Assembly (NCBI GenBank): GCA_041736305.1
Contig: JBGSTX010000091.1
Location: 1-19,319 of the forward strand
Length of the DNA stretch: 19,319 nucleotides
Origin: Oligoflexus sp.
Lineage (GTDB): Bacteria > Bdellovibrionota_B > Oligoflexia > Oligoflexales > Oligoflexaceae
Reading direction: 5' to 3'
The notes under the pieces are model-generated. The model made no database searches. It worked only from the letters and a program-made list of their open reading frames with translations, and was not told where the DNA came from. Positions 16,968 to 19,319 of this stretch are shown piece by piece. The position numbers and the translations under genes are program-made. How positions within the stretch are numbered: position 1 is the first letter of the stretch; every line of letters starts with the position of its first letter.

Positions 16968-17777
16968 ATGAAGCAGCTATTTGATCGCGAAGGCTTGGCA
17001 GCACTGGAGGCTTTTTGCCATGCACGAACTATTTTTGCCTTCGACTATGACGGCACCCTCGCTCCGATCGTCGACAATCCGGACGAAGCTGGTATGCGAG
17101 CGGAGACCAAACGACTTCTTAGCGAGCTGCTCAGCTGGGTGCCGGTCGCGGTGATATCAGGGCGTCGACGGCAAGATTTGCTCAAATTCTTACCGCCAGG
17201 GGTCGACTATCTCATAGGAAATCATGGGCTCGAAGGCATCAGCGGTGGACTTGCCTCGCTCGATGCTGCGGCCGAGCAGTGTAGACTGTGGTCGAGACAC
17301 CTAAGCGCCCAGGTTGAATCGATTCCTGGCGTCGTTCTCGAAAATAAAGTCTACAGTCTTACCCTTCACTATCGGCAGGCGAGCGAAAAAGAAGGTCTGA
17401 GCGAACGTTTGATCCAAGCAGCAGAAAAGCTCACGCCGCAGCCACGGCTAGTACTTGGCAAGGACGTGATCAATCTCTTGGCTGAAGGAACTCCTCACAA
17501 AGGGAGCGCCCTGCTCGAATTGATCGACAGGTCCGGATCGCAAGCTGCGGTCTTCTGCGGCGACGATGATAATGACGAAGACGCTTTTCGCCTTCATGAT
17601 GACAGTCACCTGAGCATTCGAGTCGGAGAATGCTCGCATTCAGCGGCCCTCTACTGTGTCCCCTCGCAGGCCGCTATCGATACGATGCTCGAGTATTGCC
17701 TTGGCTTTTTGGCTCGATCAGGCCGACTGAAAAGAGATGTTATGGCTCCACTGACGCATGACATATCTCAACAATGA
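16968..17777 (+). CDS. otsB: Trehalose-6-phosphate phosphatase (HAD family)
   Basis: GGAGG RBS; DYDGTLAPIV, ISGR, GNHGLE, ENK..SLTLHYR, KG.AL, GDDDNDEDAF. Confidence 0.93.
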   Translation: MKQLFDREGLAALEAFCHARTIFAFDYDGTLAPIVDNPDEAGMRAETKRLLSELLSWVPVAVISGRRRQDLLKFLPPGVDYLIGNHGLEGISGGLASLDAAAEQCRLWSRHLSAQVESIPGVVLENKVYSLTLHYRQASEKEGLSERLIQAAEKLTPQPRLVLGKDVINLLAEGTPHKGSALLELIDRSGSQAAVFCGDDDNDEDAFRLHDDSHLSIRVGECSHSAALYCVPSQAAIDTMLEYCLGFLARSGRLKRDVMAPLTHDISQQ

Positions 17778-17858
17778 GGCTGAAAAAGTCTAGCTTTCGA
17801 AGAGCAGGTCCGAAAACGGCCAGCGTCCGCTTCAGATCTCGCTTATGCTCAGGACCTT

Positions 17859-19295
17859 ATGAGTATTTATCTTGAAGATGAACAATTGAGAATGCTCCGG
17901 GCAGTGGCGGCCAAAGACGCCCGCTTTGATGGGCAATTTGTCTATGCAGTGAGAACGACGGGCATATTTTGTCGGCCATCCTGCTCGGCGCAAGCCTTGC
18001 CAGTCAATATTGAATTTTTCGAATCACCTCCGGCTGCAGAAGCAGCTGGCTTCAGAGCCTGTCGCCGTTGCCGCCCCCTCAGTACGATCGCGGAACCATC
18101 TGCGCAAATCTTGCGTAGGCTCCTGCGTCTGATCGAAGAGCAAGCGGACGCGAGTCTCGAAGTTCTTGCTGAAGACTTGGGTGTATCATTGCGTCATCTG
18201 AGACGGATAGTCCAGGATGAACTGGGTATGAGTCCGCAGCAACTGGCGAGCGAGCAGCGTCTCCAATTCGCTAAGAGCCTCTTGCTCGATACCGAATTGC
18301 CCGTGACCGAGGTAGCCTTGGCAGCGGGATTCGGATCACTGCGACGCTTTCATGAAGTATTCAAGCAGAAATACGGCGTCGCTCCTTCGGTACTCAGGCG
18401 AGACCCCGAGCTCAACCCGAAGGTTCCCTTACACTTTACGCTAGCTTATAAGGCGCCGCTCGACTGGAACTATATCCTCAAGGCTCAACGCCTGCATGCC
18501 ACCTATGGACTGGAAGAGGTGGACAATGAGTCCTATACGCGGCTACTCCATGTCTCTGGCCAAAGCGCGAAGATACGCGTATCCCTCGAGCAGGAGATAG
18601 AACGAGGGATCGGGCGTTTGCGAGTCGATACCGAGGGACTGCGAGTCCATGATCTATATCCTATAGCGCGCAGGTTGCGCCGCATGTTCGACCTCGATGC
18701 GGATCCGCAAATCATTGCAGCCCATCTGGGAGAGAATGCGCTGCTTGCACCCGTTATAGTTCGTCATCCGGGCGTCCGCCTCGTTCGTGGATGGGACATT
18801 TTCGAGGTAGCCGTGGCAACTATCCTAGGGCAGTTCGTGTCGATGTCTCACGCTCGGATGCTCATGCGTCAGCTCATAGAGGATGTCGGCGCAGCCCCTG
18901 CATCGTTTCCGACTCCCCTAGCTTTGAGCGAGGCCAAGCTGGAGGGAGTTCGGACGACCCGCAGTAGAAAAGAGACTCTCAGAGAACTGAGCCGGCGTGC
19001 CGTGAGCGGGGAATTTTCTCTAAGCGAGGTACAAAGCCCTGCTTTCCTGCGCCGCCAACTTCTGGCGATAAAAGGGATCGGGCCGTGGACAGCTGAATAT
19101 ATCGCCCTGCGCGCTCTCGGTGACCCGGACGCCTTTCCAGAAAAAGATCTTGTGATTGGTCGCGTGCTCGAAAAACACCCGGAGCTACGCACACCGAAAC
19201 TCAGTCCGTGGCGCTCCTATGCAACTCTTCTCCTTTGGAAGGAATTCTCGGATGTCTTTACCAAAAAACCTCAAAAGCCCGCCCCAGCTCTATAG
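17859..19295 (+). CDS. alkA: Ada-type Zn-binding/AraC regulator fused to AlkA DNA-3-methyladenine glycosylase II
   Basis: TTGIFCRPSC...GFRACRRC (four Cys), AraC double HTH (EVALAAGFGSLRRF), AlkA N-domain, ILGQ.VS, HhH-GPD KGIGPWTAEY...DAFP..D, PWRSYA. Confidence 0.94.
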   Translation: MSIYLEDEQLRMLRAVAAKDARFDGQFVYAVRTTGIFCRPSCSAQALPVNIEFFESPPAAEAAGFRACRRCRPLSTIAEPSAQILRRLLRLIEEQADASLEVLAEDLGVSLRHLRRIVQDELGMSPQQLASEQRLQFAKSLLLDTELPVTEVALAAGFGSLRRFHEVFKQKYGVAPSVLRRDPELNPKVPLHFTLAYKAPLDWNYILKAQRLHATYGLEEVDNESYTRLLHVSGQSAKIRVSLEQEIERGIGRLRVDTEGLRVHDLYPIARRLRRMFDLDADPQIIAAHLGENALLAPVIVRHPGVRLVRGWDIFEVAVATILGQFVSMSHARMLMRQLIEDVGAAPASFPTPLALSEAKLEGVRTTRSRKETLRELSRRAVSGEFSLSEVQSPAFLRRQLLAIKGIGPWTAEYIALRALGDPDAFPEKDLVIGRVLEKHPELRTPKLSPWRSYATLLLWKEFSDVFTKKPQKPAPAL

Positions 19296-19319
19296 TCTTT
19301 CTATAGCAAGTCCGATCGG

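Noticed and set aside
1..19319. CRISPR array, IS/transposase, integrase, prophage or defence system
   Set aside because: No regularly spaced repeats, terminal inverted repeats or corresponding protein motifs seen.

Overview
Gene-dense bacterial chromosomal window (roughly 50% GC by eye) with no RNA genes, CRISPR or mobile element that I can support. The many lipoproteins plus a TIGR02147/DUF4423-type regulator suggest Bdellovibrionota/Oligoflexia (inference). Left to right: a minus-strand three-gene operon around a Tat-exported DUF1501 protein (third gene runs off the left edge and is absent from the ORF track); a DUF1428/YbaA gene; a probable gene relic; a Cys-rich lipoprotein with a divergent RlpA/expansin-like double-psi beta-barrel; two small secreted paralog-like proteins divergent from the TIGR02147 HTH protein; an orphan MEDS histidine kinase; a DrrAB-like ABC exporter whose ATPase is split by one in-frame amber codon; a small helical protein; an M48-like lipoprotein with HExxQ in place of HExxH; a GH5 cellulase-like lipoprotein; a GH15 trehalase-like gene divergent from otsB (no otsA here); and an Ada-AlkA fusion. 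Best leads: the amber codon, the stand-alone DPBB lipoprotein, the paralog pair with its regulator, the DUF1501 module and the HExxQ peptidase. All family calls come from motif recognition by eye, not database searches.
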